64,000 bases of DNA from Octopus vulgaris (Eukaryota), in NCBI GenBank assembly GCA_951406725.2, contig OX597842.1, positions 1,302,001-1,366,000 of the forward strand, in the 5' to 3' direction. How positions within the stretch are numbered: position 1 is the stretch's first letter; each line of letters begins with the position of its first letter. A program made the translations under genes and the position numbers. A model generated the notes under the pieces. That model was given only the letters and a program-made list of their open reading frames with translations, ran no database searches and was not told the DNA's origin. Below, piece after piece: positions 1-10,377 of the stretch.

Positions 1-420
1 ATTATCTAATATTCTATATAATAATTAGTCATAGTGGTCATAGCTGCCGTTGTTTAACCCCAGGTCAGTCCTAATCCAGCAGACCTATAATCAAAGATGA
101 TCTTTATGTGACCACCCTACCTTTTATTCAGGCATAGTGTATCTAGGACTACATTATCTAATGTACTGTACAGTAGTTAGTATTAGTGGCTATAGTGATT
201 GCTGTTGTTTAACCCCAGGTCAATCCTGATCCAGGTAGACTTATGATCAAAGATGTTTCAGCTGTGATCATACCATCTTTTATACAGACCTAGTCTATCT
301 AGTACTACATCATCTTATGTACAGTATAGTAGTAAGTATTAGTGGTTATATGTCGTTTAACCCCAGTTCAATCCTGATTCAGTAGATGTGTGATCAAGAG
401 TGTTCCACGCATGACCACTC
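1..420. repeat. Degenerate ~152-155-bp tandem repeat, about 3 copies (runs off window start)
   Basis: TTTAACCCCAG(G/T)TCA(G/A)TCCT recurs at ~53, ~208 and ~356; ATTATCTAAT at 1 and 153; other blocks also align. Confidence 0.85.
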
Positions 421-577
421 CAACTGTTAACAGTCAAATAATTTATTGCTATAAATATTCTTTGATAAACTTTTGGATCGTAAATGTATTTACCTGTTAA
501 GTAGTAAGGCAGACATGACTACCACCACATCAACTTTGGCATCCACCATTATTACTACTATTTTTGCTGTCGTTAAA

Positions 578-937
578 AACAAGAACACTCAGAGAACGCA
601 AACCTCTGCCAAGGCAACCCCAACGTCCTCCCAATAATTGGCCAGAGATGATTTTTTAAATGAGAATATCTGAAATAAACTCGACTGCTCTCACAAACAA
701 GAATACTAAAAATGAACCCAACCACTCTCAAGAAATTAAGTAAAAAGAAAAAGGTAAAATAATCCAGAATCCTTATCCTTTTCTGGATTGATCCCAAAAT
801 CTAATCAGTTCATGTCAGTCATGAGGCCAAACATCCCTGAAAGTTTCATTGGAATCCATCCAGCGGTTCTTGGGATATCTTGTCCATGGACACACAAACA
901 TGACTAAAAGCAATACCTCCACTTTCGCTAATACAGA

Positions 938-943
<6 letters not shown>
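578..943 (-). mobile_element. HINE/DINE-1-like non-autonomous Helentron-type element, copy 1
   Basis: Minus strand: TTATTACCTC-type subTIR with adjacent inverted repeat at one end, second subTIR (GGCAGAGGT) plus degenerate stem-loop and TCTTGTT at the other; GGATGGATT..GAAA core; homologous to 3771-4127. Confidence 0.7.
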
Positions 944-982
<39 letters not shown>

Positions 983-983
<1 letters not shown>

Positions 984-1550
984 TGCAGTACCAATGCCTT
1001 GATGCAGTACCAGGCAGTGGCTCTCATGGCTTCTGATCTTAACTGATTGGAAGTGTTATCAGGTACATTGTTTTGTCTTGGAATAAAAGATGGGCTACAG
1101 CAAATATTCTGCTCAATACCACAGATTTGCTTGTCAGTTGTTTGACCGTAACCAGTTGAGCAGGTCCCTTAGTGGCTGACAATATGTGCATCTCTGATCA
1201 CGAGCAGAAGTAGTGGGGGAGCATCATAGCCATGTGTTGAGAGGGATTCTTTGGGATTTGAATAGTTCACCTCTGGAAACATGGGTGGTTCTTTCAACAT
1301 TCTTAAACAACCCTTATTCAGGGACCGTTTGAGCGGGATGGGCTACTCAACCTGAAAAAAATTCTAACTGGGCCCCACCTGCAAGCTCATGTGCTGTTTA
1401 TCTTGATATGAGATCACCATGTCGCGCACATATGGTTGTAATGCATATGCCTGGTGTACCTTTATCAGACGGGTAGTCATGATGGGTATATTGGGCTTCG
1501 TATATTTTACCCCAGTGTCACTTTGATGGCGTGAACTGCTCTCTCACTCA
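983..1550 (+). mobile_element. Non-coding retroposed element ('element X') ending in (AAT)n
   Basis: Near-identical sequence at 3268-3460, 7926-8095, 11572-12113, 41790-42134; shared 3' end CTCTC(A/T)(C/A)..CTCA-(AAT)n with variable 5' ends. Confidence 0.8.
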
Positions 1551-1567
1551 ATGATGATAATAATAAT

Positions 1568-1705
1568 TTAGATCAATACATAGACGAGTTAGATCAATGC
1601 ATAGACGAGTTAGATCAATACATAGACGAGTTAGATCAATACATAGACGAGTTAGATCAATACATAGACGAGTTAGATCAATAAATAGACAAGTTAGATC
1701 AATAC
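1568..1705 (+). repeat. 21-bp tandem repeat (TTAGATCAATACATAGACGAG) x ~6.5 at the 5' truncation point of the Dong/R4 element
   Basis: TTAGATCAAT starts at 1568, 1589, 1610, 1631, 1652, 1673, 1694; encodes the (HRRVRSI)n stretch of ORF 1597-2688. Confidence 0.95.
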
Positions 1706-2957
1706 TAAAAACAGAGCTCAATGCTAAAAACAAGATAATAGGTATCAACACTTTAGCTGTCCCAGTTATAAGTTACAGCTACAAAATCCTTAACTGGACA
1801 CGAAATGAACTGTCCAAAATAGATAGGAAAACAAGAAAAATACTGACAGGATCTAGGATGCATCACCCAAAATCTGACATAGAAAGACTATATATACAAC
1901 GTATAGAAGGTGGTAGAGGCCTTATACAGCTGGAAGACTACTATAAAATAACCACCATAGGACTGCAAAAATACCTACTTCAGAAGGAAGGAAAACTGAT
2001 CGAGATAGCAGCAAAACACGAGCAAAACAAAAAACTGTTCTCAGTATTTAAGGAAGCTGACAAATACAAACAAGAAATCATACCACCTAATAAACACACA
2101 GAAGAAGAAGAAGATGAAGAAACAACAAAAGCTATAAAACAAATGAAATCCAAACTAAAAATAGAACAGCAACGAGCCATGATAAAACGATGGCAAGAAA
2201 AGCCCCTTCATGGTAAATACTGCACTAAACTAAACGCAAAAGAAATAGACAAAGAAAAATCCCAGCAATGGTTGGGAAGCTCAGGACTCAAAGCAGAAAC
2301 AGAGGGATTTTTAATTGCAGCACAAGACCAAAGCCTCCCCGCCAGAAATTACCAAAAACATGTAATGAAAAGAAATATTACAAGTAACTGCAGAATATGT
2401 GGAGATGGACAAGAAACAATAAATCATATTATCTCTAGCTGCCCAGTCCTGGCTAAGAAGGAATATATTCACAGAGATGACAGAGTTGGAACCTACATAC
2501 ATTGGAAGCTATGCCAACATTATGGAATAACAACAGAAAAAAGATGGTATAGGCACACACCAGAAAAGGTCACAGAAAACGAGAAAGCAACCATACTCTG
2601 GGATATGCCGATACACACAGATAGAGAAATTAAGGCCAACAGACCAGATATAGTTGTCAGAGATCATGAAGAAAAAAATGCTTTCTAATTGATGTATCAA
2701 TACCGGCAGATGATAACGTGTCTCTAAAAGAAATGGAGAAACTCTCAAAATACAAAGACCTGGAAATAGAGGTAACTAGAATGTGGAACCTGAAAACAGA
2801 AACAATTCCTATCATAGTAGGTGCATTAGGCATGATAAAAAAATATTCAGACAAATACATAACAAAAACACCAGGACTTACAAACACATATAACATACAG
2901 AAAATTGCACTACTAGGCACTGCACACATCCTACGCAGAACACTTTCCATACAATAA
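1694..2957 (+). pseudogene. Frameshifted C-terminal half of RT-CCHC-RLE polyprotein
   Basis: ORF 1597-2688 joins ORF 2718-2957 if one A is added to the A-run at ~2672-2678 (restores EEKKCFLIDVSIPADDNVSLKEMEKLSKYKDL); RHD motif reads RDD. Confidence 0.85.
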
Positions 2958-3051
2958 CCATCAGAGCATCACAACAAATCACAGCACATACCCAAGGCAC
3001 ACAGAGCTGTGCTCGGTAGTGAAGTGAAAGCACGCTATAAAAATAAAACTA

Positions 3052-3054
<3 letters not shown>

Positions 3055-3085
<31 letters not shown>

Positions 3086-3119
3086 GTAATAATAATAATA
3101 ATAATAGTAATAATAATAA

Positions 3120-3202
<83 letters not shown>

Positions 3203-3211
3203 GTAATAATA

Positions 3212-3268
<57 letters not shown>
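3055..3268. repeat. (AAT)n microsatellite / retroelement tail
   Basis: ~70 AAT units with few interruptions. Confidence 0.97.
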
Positions 3269-3270
<2 letters not shown>

Positions 3271-3460
3271 CTCATGGCTTCTGATCTCAACTGATTGGAA
3301 GTGTTATCATGTACATTGTTTTGTCTTGGTATAAAAGATGGGCTACAGCAAATATTCTGCTCAATGTACCTTTATCAGACGGGTAGTCATGATGGGTATA
3401 TTGGGCTTCGTATATTTTACCCCAGTGTCACTTTGATGGCATGAACTGCTCTCTCACTCA
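3268..3460 (+). mobile_element. Element X, internally deleted copy
   Basis: Matches 1021-1115, then jumps at ~3365 to match 1456-1550. Confidence 0.8.
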
Positions 3461-3475
3461 ATAATAATAAAAACA

Positions 3476-3749
3476 CCTTGGAATCTAAAAACAGAAACAA
3501 TTCCTATCATAATAGGTGCATTAGGTATGATAAAAAAATATTCAGACAAATACATAACAAAAACACCAGGACTTACAAACACTTATAACATACAGAAACT
3601 TGCACAACTGGGCACTGCACACATCCTACACAGAACACTTTCCATACAGTAACCATCAGAGCATCACAACAAATCACAGCACATACCCAAGGCACACAGA
3701 GCTGCGCTCGGTAGTGAAGTGAAAGCACGCTATAAAAATAAAACTACTG
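3476..3749 (+). mobile_element. Second, shorter 3' fragment of the same Dong/R4 element
   Basis: High identity to 2783-3054 (WNLKTETIPIIIGALG..., same 3' UTR, AAT tail). Confidence 0.92.
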
Positions 3750-3770
3750 AATAATAATAATAATAATAAT

Positions 3771-4127
3771 AACAAGAGCACTCAGAGAGTGCAAACCTCC
3801 ACCAAGGCAAGATCAACGCCTCTCGACATTTAACCAGATATGATTTTTAAAATGAGAATATCTGAAAGAAACTCAACTGCTCTCACAAACGAGAATACTA
3901 AAAATGAACCTGACTGCTCTCAATAATTAAGTAAAAACAAACGGGAAAAATAATCCAAAATCCTTGTCCGGTACCAGATCGATCCCAGTTTGTGCCAGTC
4001 ATGAGACCAAACATCCCTGAGAATTTCATCCAAATCCATCCAGTAGTTCTTGAGATATCTTGTCCACAGACAAACAAACAAATATGACTGAAAACAATAC
4101 CTCTGCCTTCGCTAAGGCGAAGGTAAT
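3771..4127 (-). mobile_element. HINE/DINE-1-like element, copy 2
   Basis: Terminal hairpin CCTCTGCCTTCGCTAAGGCGAAGG, subTIR ACCTCCACC, stem-loop GCACTC-AGA-GAGTGC near the AACAAGA end; homologous to 578-943. Confidence 0.75.
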
Positions 4128-4200
4128 AATGCAAACTGATTGGTCATTTTCAAACTATTTCCTCTTCTAATTCAATTCTACATTGTTGTACACTCCAGCC

Positions 4201-4578
4201 TTTTACTCTTACTCTTTTACTTGTTTCAGTCATTTGACTGTGGCCATGCTGGAGCACCGCCTTTAATTCAGCAAAACGACCCCAGGACTTATTCTTTGTA
4301 AGCCTAGTACTTATTCTATCGAACTCTTTTGCCGAACCGCTAAGTTATGGAGACATAAACACACCAGTATCAGTTGTCAAGCGATGTTGGGGGGACAAAC
4401 ACAGACACACACATATATATACATACATATATATACAATGGGCTTCTTTCAATTTTTGTCTTTGGTTGTCCCGAGGCTATAGTAGAAGACACTTGCCCAA
4501 GGTGCCACACAGTGGGACTGAACCCAGAACCATGTGGTTCGTAAGCAGGCTACTTACCACACAGCCACTCCTGTGCCT
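4201..4578 (-). mobile_element. tRNA-derived SINE family A (CORE-like, octopus type)
   Basis: Head GGCACAGGAGTGGCTGTGTGGTAAG..GGGTTCAGTCCC (A/B boxes), CACCTTGGGCAAGTG CORE-like motif, tail GACTGAAACAAGTAAAAGAG; >15 copies in window. Confidence 0.9.
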
Positions 4579-5449
4579 TCTTCAAGTATCTTAAATCAAA
4601 CTTGGTTGTTACATTAGAATTACAAACCTAACCCTTCATTTGATCCATGGGTGGGTGGGCATGGGGTACACTATTATTATTTCTCTCTCAGCATTTTGTG
4701 ACATTCTTTGTTTCAGTTCTGAGTATTTCAGATGTAGTTGCTTTGTCCGTCACCACTGATGTCTCAAGTCACCTCTATTCCAATTGGATGATATTACAAT
4801 TCTATATCTTTAAGATGAGGAATTTATATTTTGCACACAGTATATTTTAGTCAGACTGCTGTCAACATTTTGAGAGTTGCTTTTCATTACATTTCAGCTG
4901 TTGTACACTCCAGCCGTCTTCAAGTGTCTAAGTCAAACTTGGTTGTTGCATCAGAATTCCAAACCTAACCCTTTATTTGATCCTTAGGGGTACACTGTTC
5001 TCATTTCTCTCCCTGCATTTCGTAACATTCTTTGTTCAGTCGCAAGCTAGTTTCAGATGTAGTTTCTGTCCGTGTGTCACCATTAATGTCTCAAGTCAGC
5101 TCCTTTACCAATTGGATGATGACACAATTCCATATTCTTGAGATGAGGAATTTATATCATGTCTCCTGGTTTTTATTTTAGTCAGACTGCTGTCCTCATC
5201 TTGATTGTTTGCTTTTCTCTACATTTCAATTGTCCTATGCACCAGCCTTCTTCAGGTGCCTTCTGATGAACCCAGATGTTGTATCAGAATTCTAAACCTA
5301 ACCCTTTATTTAATCCAGTGGGGTTACTTTTTCTCATTTCACCCCCTTGCATTTCATAATATTTTTTGTTTCAGTTGGAAGCTAATTTCAGATGTAATTT
5401 CTGTCTGTCACCATTGATGTCTTATGTTGGCCTTCTACTAATTGGATAT

Positions 5450-5603
5450 AGGCGCAGGAGTGGCTGTGTGGTAAGTAGCTTGCTAACCAACCACATGGTT
5501 CCGGGTTCAGTCCCACTGCGTGGCATCTTGGGCAAGTGTCTTCTGCTATAACCCCGGGCCGGATTTGGTTGACGGAAACTGAAAGAAGCCTGTCGTATAT
5601 ATG

Positions 5604-5634
<31 letters not shown>

Positions 5635-5845
5635 TTGTTTGTCTGTGTTTGTCCCCCTAGCATTGCTTGACAACTGATGCTGGTGTGTTTACGTCCTCGT
5701 CACTTAGCGGTTTGGCAAAAGAGACCAATAGAATAAGTACTGGGCTTACAAAGAATAAGTCCCAGGGTCGATTTGCTTGACTAAAGGTGGTGCTCCAGCA
5801 TGGCCGCAGTCAAATGACTGAAACAAGTAAAAGAGAGAGTAAAAA
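5450..5845 (+). mobile_element. SINE family A, near full length
   Basis: GGCGCAGGAGTGGCTGTGTGGTAAG head to GACTGAAACAAGTAAAAGAG tail; interrupts the 325-bp array. Confidence 0.92.
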
Positions 5846-5940
5846 GTAATACAATTCTATATTTTTGAGATAAAGAATTCAATATTATGTCTACTGTTTA
5901 TATCAGTTAGATTGATGTCCACATCTTAATTATAGCTTTT

Positions 5941-5982
5941 CACTACATTTCAACTGTTGTACACTCCAGCCATCTTCAGGTG
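5941..5982 (-). ncRNA. Minimal type I hammerhead ribozyme-like motif (best-preserved array unit)
   Basis: Minus strand CAC-CTGAAGA-T-GGCTG-gagtgtacaa-CAGTT-GAAA-T-GTA-GTG: CUGANGA, stem II, GAAA, GUA site, 3-bp stem I, no stem III loop. Confidence 0.55.
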
Positions 5983-6884
5983 CCTTGTGTCGAACTCAAT
6001 TGTTGTATTAGAAGTACAAACTTTTATTTGTTCCATGAGGTGGGGGGCACTATTTTCATTCTGCCCCCAAGCATTTCCTGACACTTTTTGTCTCAGTTCT
6101 GAACTAATTTCAGATGTAGTTTCTCTGTCTGTCACCACTGAAGTCTTATGTCAGTTCCATATCAATTGGATAAAACAATTCCATATTTTTAAGATGAGGA
6201 ATTCATGTAATGTCTACTGTTTATATCAGATGGGTTGATGTCCCCATCTTAATTATAGCTTTTCACTGCATTTCGGTTGTTGTACACTCCAGCCGTCTTC
6301 AGGTGCCTTGTGTCGAACTCAATTGTTGTATTAGAAGTACAAACCTAACCCTTTATTTGCTCCATTAGGGGGTACACTATTCTCATTTTGCTCCTTGCGT
6401 TTCATGACATTCTTCACTTCTCTTCTGAACTAGTTTCAGATGTAGTTTCTGTCTGTCTGTCACCATTAATGTCTCAACTCAGCTCCTTTACCAATTGGAT
6501 AACACAATTCCATATTTCTGAGATGAGGAATTTATATCATGTATCCTCGTTTTTATATTAGTCAGACTGCAGTCCTCATCTTCCTAGTTGTCTTTCACTA
6601 CGTTTCAGCTGTTATATGCTCCAGCCATTTTCAGGGGTCTCATGTTGACCTCCACTGTTGTATTAGAATTTCAAGCCCAACCCTTTAATTAATCCATAGT
6701 GGTATATGGTTCTCATACTCTTCTCTATGTTTGACATTTTATTTCAGATGATTTTTTTATGAATTACCTTAGTGCCTCACCTGGAATTGAACTCAGAACA
6801 TCTAAGTGACTGCATTGCATTAACCAACATCTTTATCTACTCCACTATGCCCATAAGTAGAGTAAATTTTTATGACACATAATC

Positions 6885-7117
6885 TTAACCCTTTCGTTAC
6901 TGTATTTCTGTTGAGCCAGATCCTCTGTGTTTCTTTCAATTACTTTAAATATAACAAAGAATTTAGTAAAATAACTTAGTTATCATTCAGCTAGTGTTAG
7001 GAACATAAATTGTGACTAAGGTTTGGTGGAAGATTTTAATTCAAAACTTAAGAAAACAAGACATTTGTACTACAGAGCCAGAGGTGGCTTCAGCCTGGTT
7101 GGTATCAAAAGAGTAAA
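6885..7117. mobile_element. piggyBac-type (TTAA) MITE, copy 1
   Basis: Begins TTAA-CCCTTTCGTTAC, ends GGTATCAAAAGAGTAAA; three adjacent homologous copies. Confidence 0.75.
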
Positions 7118-7194
7118 TTTGCAGATTTTGTTTCACTTGTTAGAAATAGCAGCCAAATCTTGTGCAAATTGAAGACACATTTCACTGACTGTCT

Positions 7195-7423
7195 TGAACC
7201 CTTTTGTTACCATATTTCTGTTGAGATGCTCTGTGTTTCTTTCAATTACTTTAAATATAACAAGGAATTTAGTAAAATAACTTAGTTATCATTCAGCTAG
7301 TGTTAGGAACATAAATTGTGACTAAGGTTTGGTGGAAGATTTTAATTTAAAATTCATGAAAACAAGACATTTGTACAACAGAGCCAGAGGCAGTTTCAGC
7401 CGTGTTGGTTTCAAAAGGGTTAA
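7195..7423. mobile_element. piggyBac-type (TTAA) MITE, copy 2
   Basis: CCCTTTTGTTACC ... GGTTTCAAAAGGG-TTAA. Confidence 0.8.
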
Positions 7424-7446
7424 AAATTGTTTCTCTATTATATATT

Positions 7447-7674
7447 TTAACCTTTTCGTTACTGTATTTATTTTGAGATGTTCTGTGTTTCTTTCTATTA
7501 CTTTAAATATAACAAAAAATTTAGTAAAATAACTTAGTTATCATTAAGCTGGTGTTAGGAATATAAATTGTGACTAAGGTTTGGTGGAAGATTTCAATGC
7601 AAAACTTAGGAAAATAAGACATTTGTACTCAGAGCCAGAGCCGGTTTCAGCCAAGTTGGTAATGAAAGGATTAA
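7447..7674. mobile_element. piggyBac-type (TTAA) MITE, copy 3
   Basis: TTAA-CCTTTTCGTTAC ... GGTAATGAAAGGA-TTAA; both TTAA sites intact. Confidence 0.8.
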
Positions 7675-7764
7675 ATGTCTATCTAATCTCTTGTGACCGT
7701 CTGCCATTTTCTTTCTTAATCACACTGTCCAACAAATTTTTTTCCTTTTTTTTGTCTTAGTAAG

Positions 7765-8165
7765 TGTTATTTCCTATTTGCTTCAATCTAGAAATTGAAG
7801 GAAGTGACTACTATCCCCTTCAAACTTTGCTTTTGTCACCTGGACATCAATGGTTTGAAACTGACCTATTTTCCATTACATTTCACACAAATTCACAGCT
7901 GAGTTGCTGAGGCAGAAATATCATTATAGCAAATATTCTGCTCAGTTCCACAGATTTGCTTGTCAGTTGTTTGACCTTAACCAGTTGATTATGTCCCTTA
8001 GTGGCTGACGATATGTGCATCTCTGATGATGAACAGGAGCAGTGAGGGAGGATCATAGCCATGTGTTGAGAAGGATTTTTTGGGGTTTGAATAAATATTG
8101 TAGTGAAAGCAAAGTTTGAAGGAAATATTAGTCATTTTCTAGGGGTAAGCAAGTGGGAAATAACA
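7765..8165. mobile_element. MITE-like element with ~60-bp imperfect TIRs containing an element X fragment (7926-8095)
   Basis: GTTATTTCC..TTGCTT..CTAGAAA..TGACTA..CCTTCAAACTTTGCTTT at left mirrored by AAAGCAAAGTTTGAAGG..TAGTCA..TTTCTAG..AAGCAA..GGAAATAAC at right. Confidence 0.6.
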
Positions 8166-8580
8166 TATATATAGATCTATAATGATAAATGCCAAAACGA
8201 ATTTCTGTGTGTCAGTGTGTCACACTTCGACCCCATCTCTCACTATTTAATGACACTTCTTCTACTCTTCTTGATGGGGTGAGAGTAGTAGTAAGCATAG
8301 AGACAGTGAGGGCAGTTGAAATAGTAATGGGGCGATAGTAATAGTATGAACTGTAGATGTGATAGAGGAGGAGGTGATGACGATGATGGTGGTGGTGGTG
8401 GTGGTGGTGGCTGAGGCAGTCAAGCATGACAGTGATAGTAAGGGATGTGAAAGACAGTGGAGGTGGTGGTGGAGGGGAAGGTGGCGAAGTCAAAGGTGTT
8501 GATGGTCGTGGCATCAGAAGTCTGAATGGTGTGCGTATGACAGTTGTGGTGGAGATGGTGGTGGTATTGGTGATGGATGT

Positions 8581-9001
8581 AAGGCAGCGAGCTGGCAGAA
8601 ACATTAGCACGCCGGGCAAAATACTTAGCGGTATTTCGTCTGCCACTACGTTCTGAGTTCAAATACCGCCAAGGTCGTCTTTGCCTTTCATCCTTTCGGG
8701 GTCGATTAAATAAGTACCAATTACGCACTGGGGTCGATATAATGGACTTAATCCCTTTGTCTCTCCTTGTTTGTCCTCTCTGTGTTTAGCCCCTTGTGGG
8801 TAGTAAAGAATTAGGTATTTCATCTGCTGCTATGTTCTGAGTACAAATTTCACCAAGGTTGACTTTGCCTTTCATTCTTTTGGGGTCGATTAAATAAGTA
8901 CCAGTTATGCACGGGGGTCAATGTAATCGACTTAATCCCTTTGTCTCTCCTTGTTTGTCCTCTCTGTATTTAGCCCCTTGTGGGTAGTAAAGAAATAGGT
9001 A
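8581..9001 (+). mobile_element. SINE family B (tRNA head plus Meta-like domain), with tandem duplication of its 3' part
   Basis: GGCAGCGAGCTGGCAGAA head, GAGTTCAAAT B-box, GCCTTTCATCCTTTCGGGGTCGAT..AAGTACC Meta-SINE-like motif; 8813-9001 repeats 8630-8818. Confidence 0.8.
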
Positions 9002-9508
9002 TTAGTGATGGTTGAAAACAATCAACAGAAAGAGAGAGGGAGAAAGAAAGGGGTTAGACAGAAAAAAAAATCAAACTGACCCCCGAATGGAAAGACAAAA
9101 AAATGTTTCCCATGCAGCTTTGCAATAAGTTCCAAGTCAACATATTATATCCTTTTTTTGATGAAAATAGTTCATTGCTTGAAAAATGTTGTTCAAGTTT
9201 AATAAAATTTGACACGTCCTCAATGCATGAAGTGTCATTGTTTGGCTCAAGACCCAATGAAGAGCCCTCCACAGGAGCAAGCTGAAAAGTCACCTGGTAG
9301 GGCGGCTTTTCAGCTAGTATATATATATGTGTGTATACACACACACATATATCAGGAGTGTATATTGTGGGTGTGCTAGGTGTGCGCTGCACACCCATCG
9401 AAAATGGCAAATTCATTATAAATATTAGCCTTACTCATTAATTTAATCACAAATCTTAATGGATAATTTTTGTTATACCTCTGCTCCAAACTCGGTGGCA
9501 TATATATA

Positions 9509-9544
<36 letters not shown>

Positions 9545-10309
9545 TGTATGTATGTATGTATGTATGTATGTATGTATACATAATACAACAACCACTATAC
9601 ACCACTGATATATATACATACACACATATACTTGCAAAAGTATACTTATATATATATATAAATATATATATATCTTTTTCTTTATATATATATACACACA
9701 AACACACAAACATGTGTATGTATATATATATATATGTGTGTGTGTATATATATACACACACTAACACATTCATACATATGTATGTATGTATTATCATCAT
9801 TTAACATCCATCTTCCATGCATACATGGGTAGGTCTATGTGCATGTATGTATGTATATATATATATGTGTATGTATGTATGTATGTATGTATGTATGTAT
9901 GTGTATGTATATACATATATATACATATATACAGATTTATATACATGTACACACATACATGTATACAAATATGCATTGATATATATATCTATATCTCTCT
10001 AGCTAGCTAGCTATACACACACATATATTCATATACCTGCACATATATATATTTATACATACATGTGTATTATACATATGTATATATACATACATATATT
10101 CATATACACACACGTTTATATACATATGTATACATATATATCTGCATACATATATCTATACATAAACATACATACATATACATCTATATATTAAAAAACA
10201 TACATATAAATATTCATATATATATGCATATTTATATGCATACATACATCCATACATATACATGTATATATTAAAAAAACACATATAAATATTAATATTC
10301 ATATATGCA

Positions 10310-10377
<68 letters not shown>

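Larger units (their letters stand above)
1568..3054 (+). mobile_element. 5'-truncated R4/Dong-type non-LTR retrotransposon (RLE clade) inserted in (TAA)n
   Basis: RT C-terminal motifs NKIIGINTLAVP, RLYIQRIEGGRGL, WQEKPLHG, ETEGFLIAAQDQ; CCHC knuckle CRICGDGQETINHIISSC; RPDIVV..LIDVSIP..EKLSKYKDL restriction-like endonuclease; ~100-bp 3' UTR followed by a long (AAT)n; Dong elements are known to target TAA repeats. Confidence 0.9.
4170..6740 (-). repeat. Tandem array of ~325-bp units (about 6), each with a minimal hammerhead-like motif; retrozyme / Penelope pLTR-like
   Basis: Block TTTCAGCTGTTGTACACTCCAGCCNTCTTCAGGTG recurs at ~4885, 5217, 5941, 6264, 6596 (and split at 4180/4578); spacing 323-332 bp after removing the SINE inserts. 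Confidence 0.8.

Noticed and set aside
2670-2682. Programmed -1 frameshift at A_AAA_AAT in the Dong ORF
   Set aside because: R4-clade elements have a single ORF; the copy is 5'-truncated with RHD changed to RDD; a 1-nt homopolymer deletion or sequencing error is simpler
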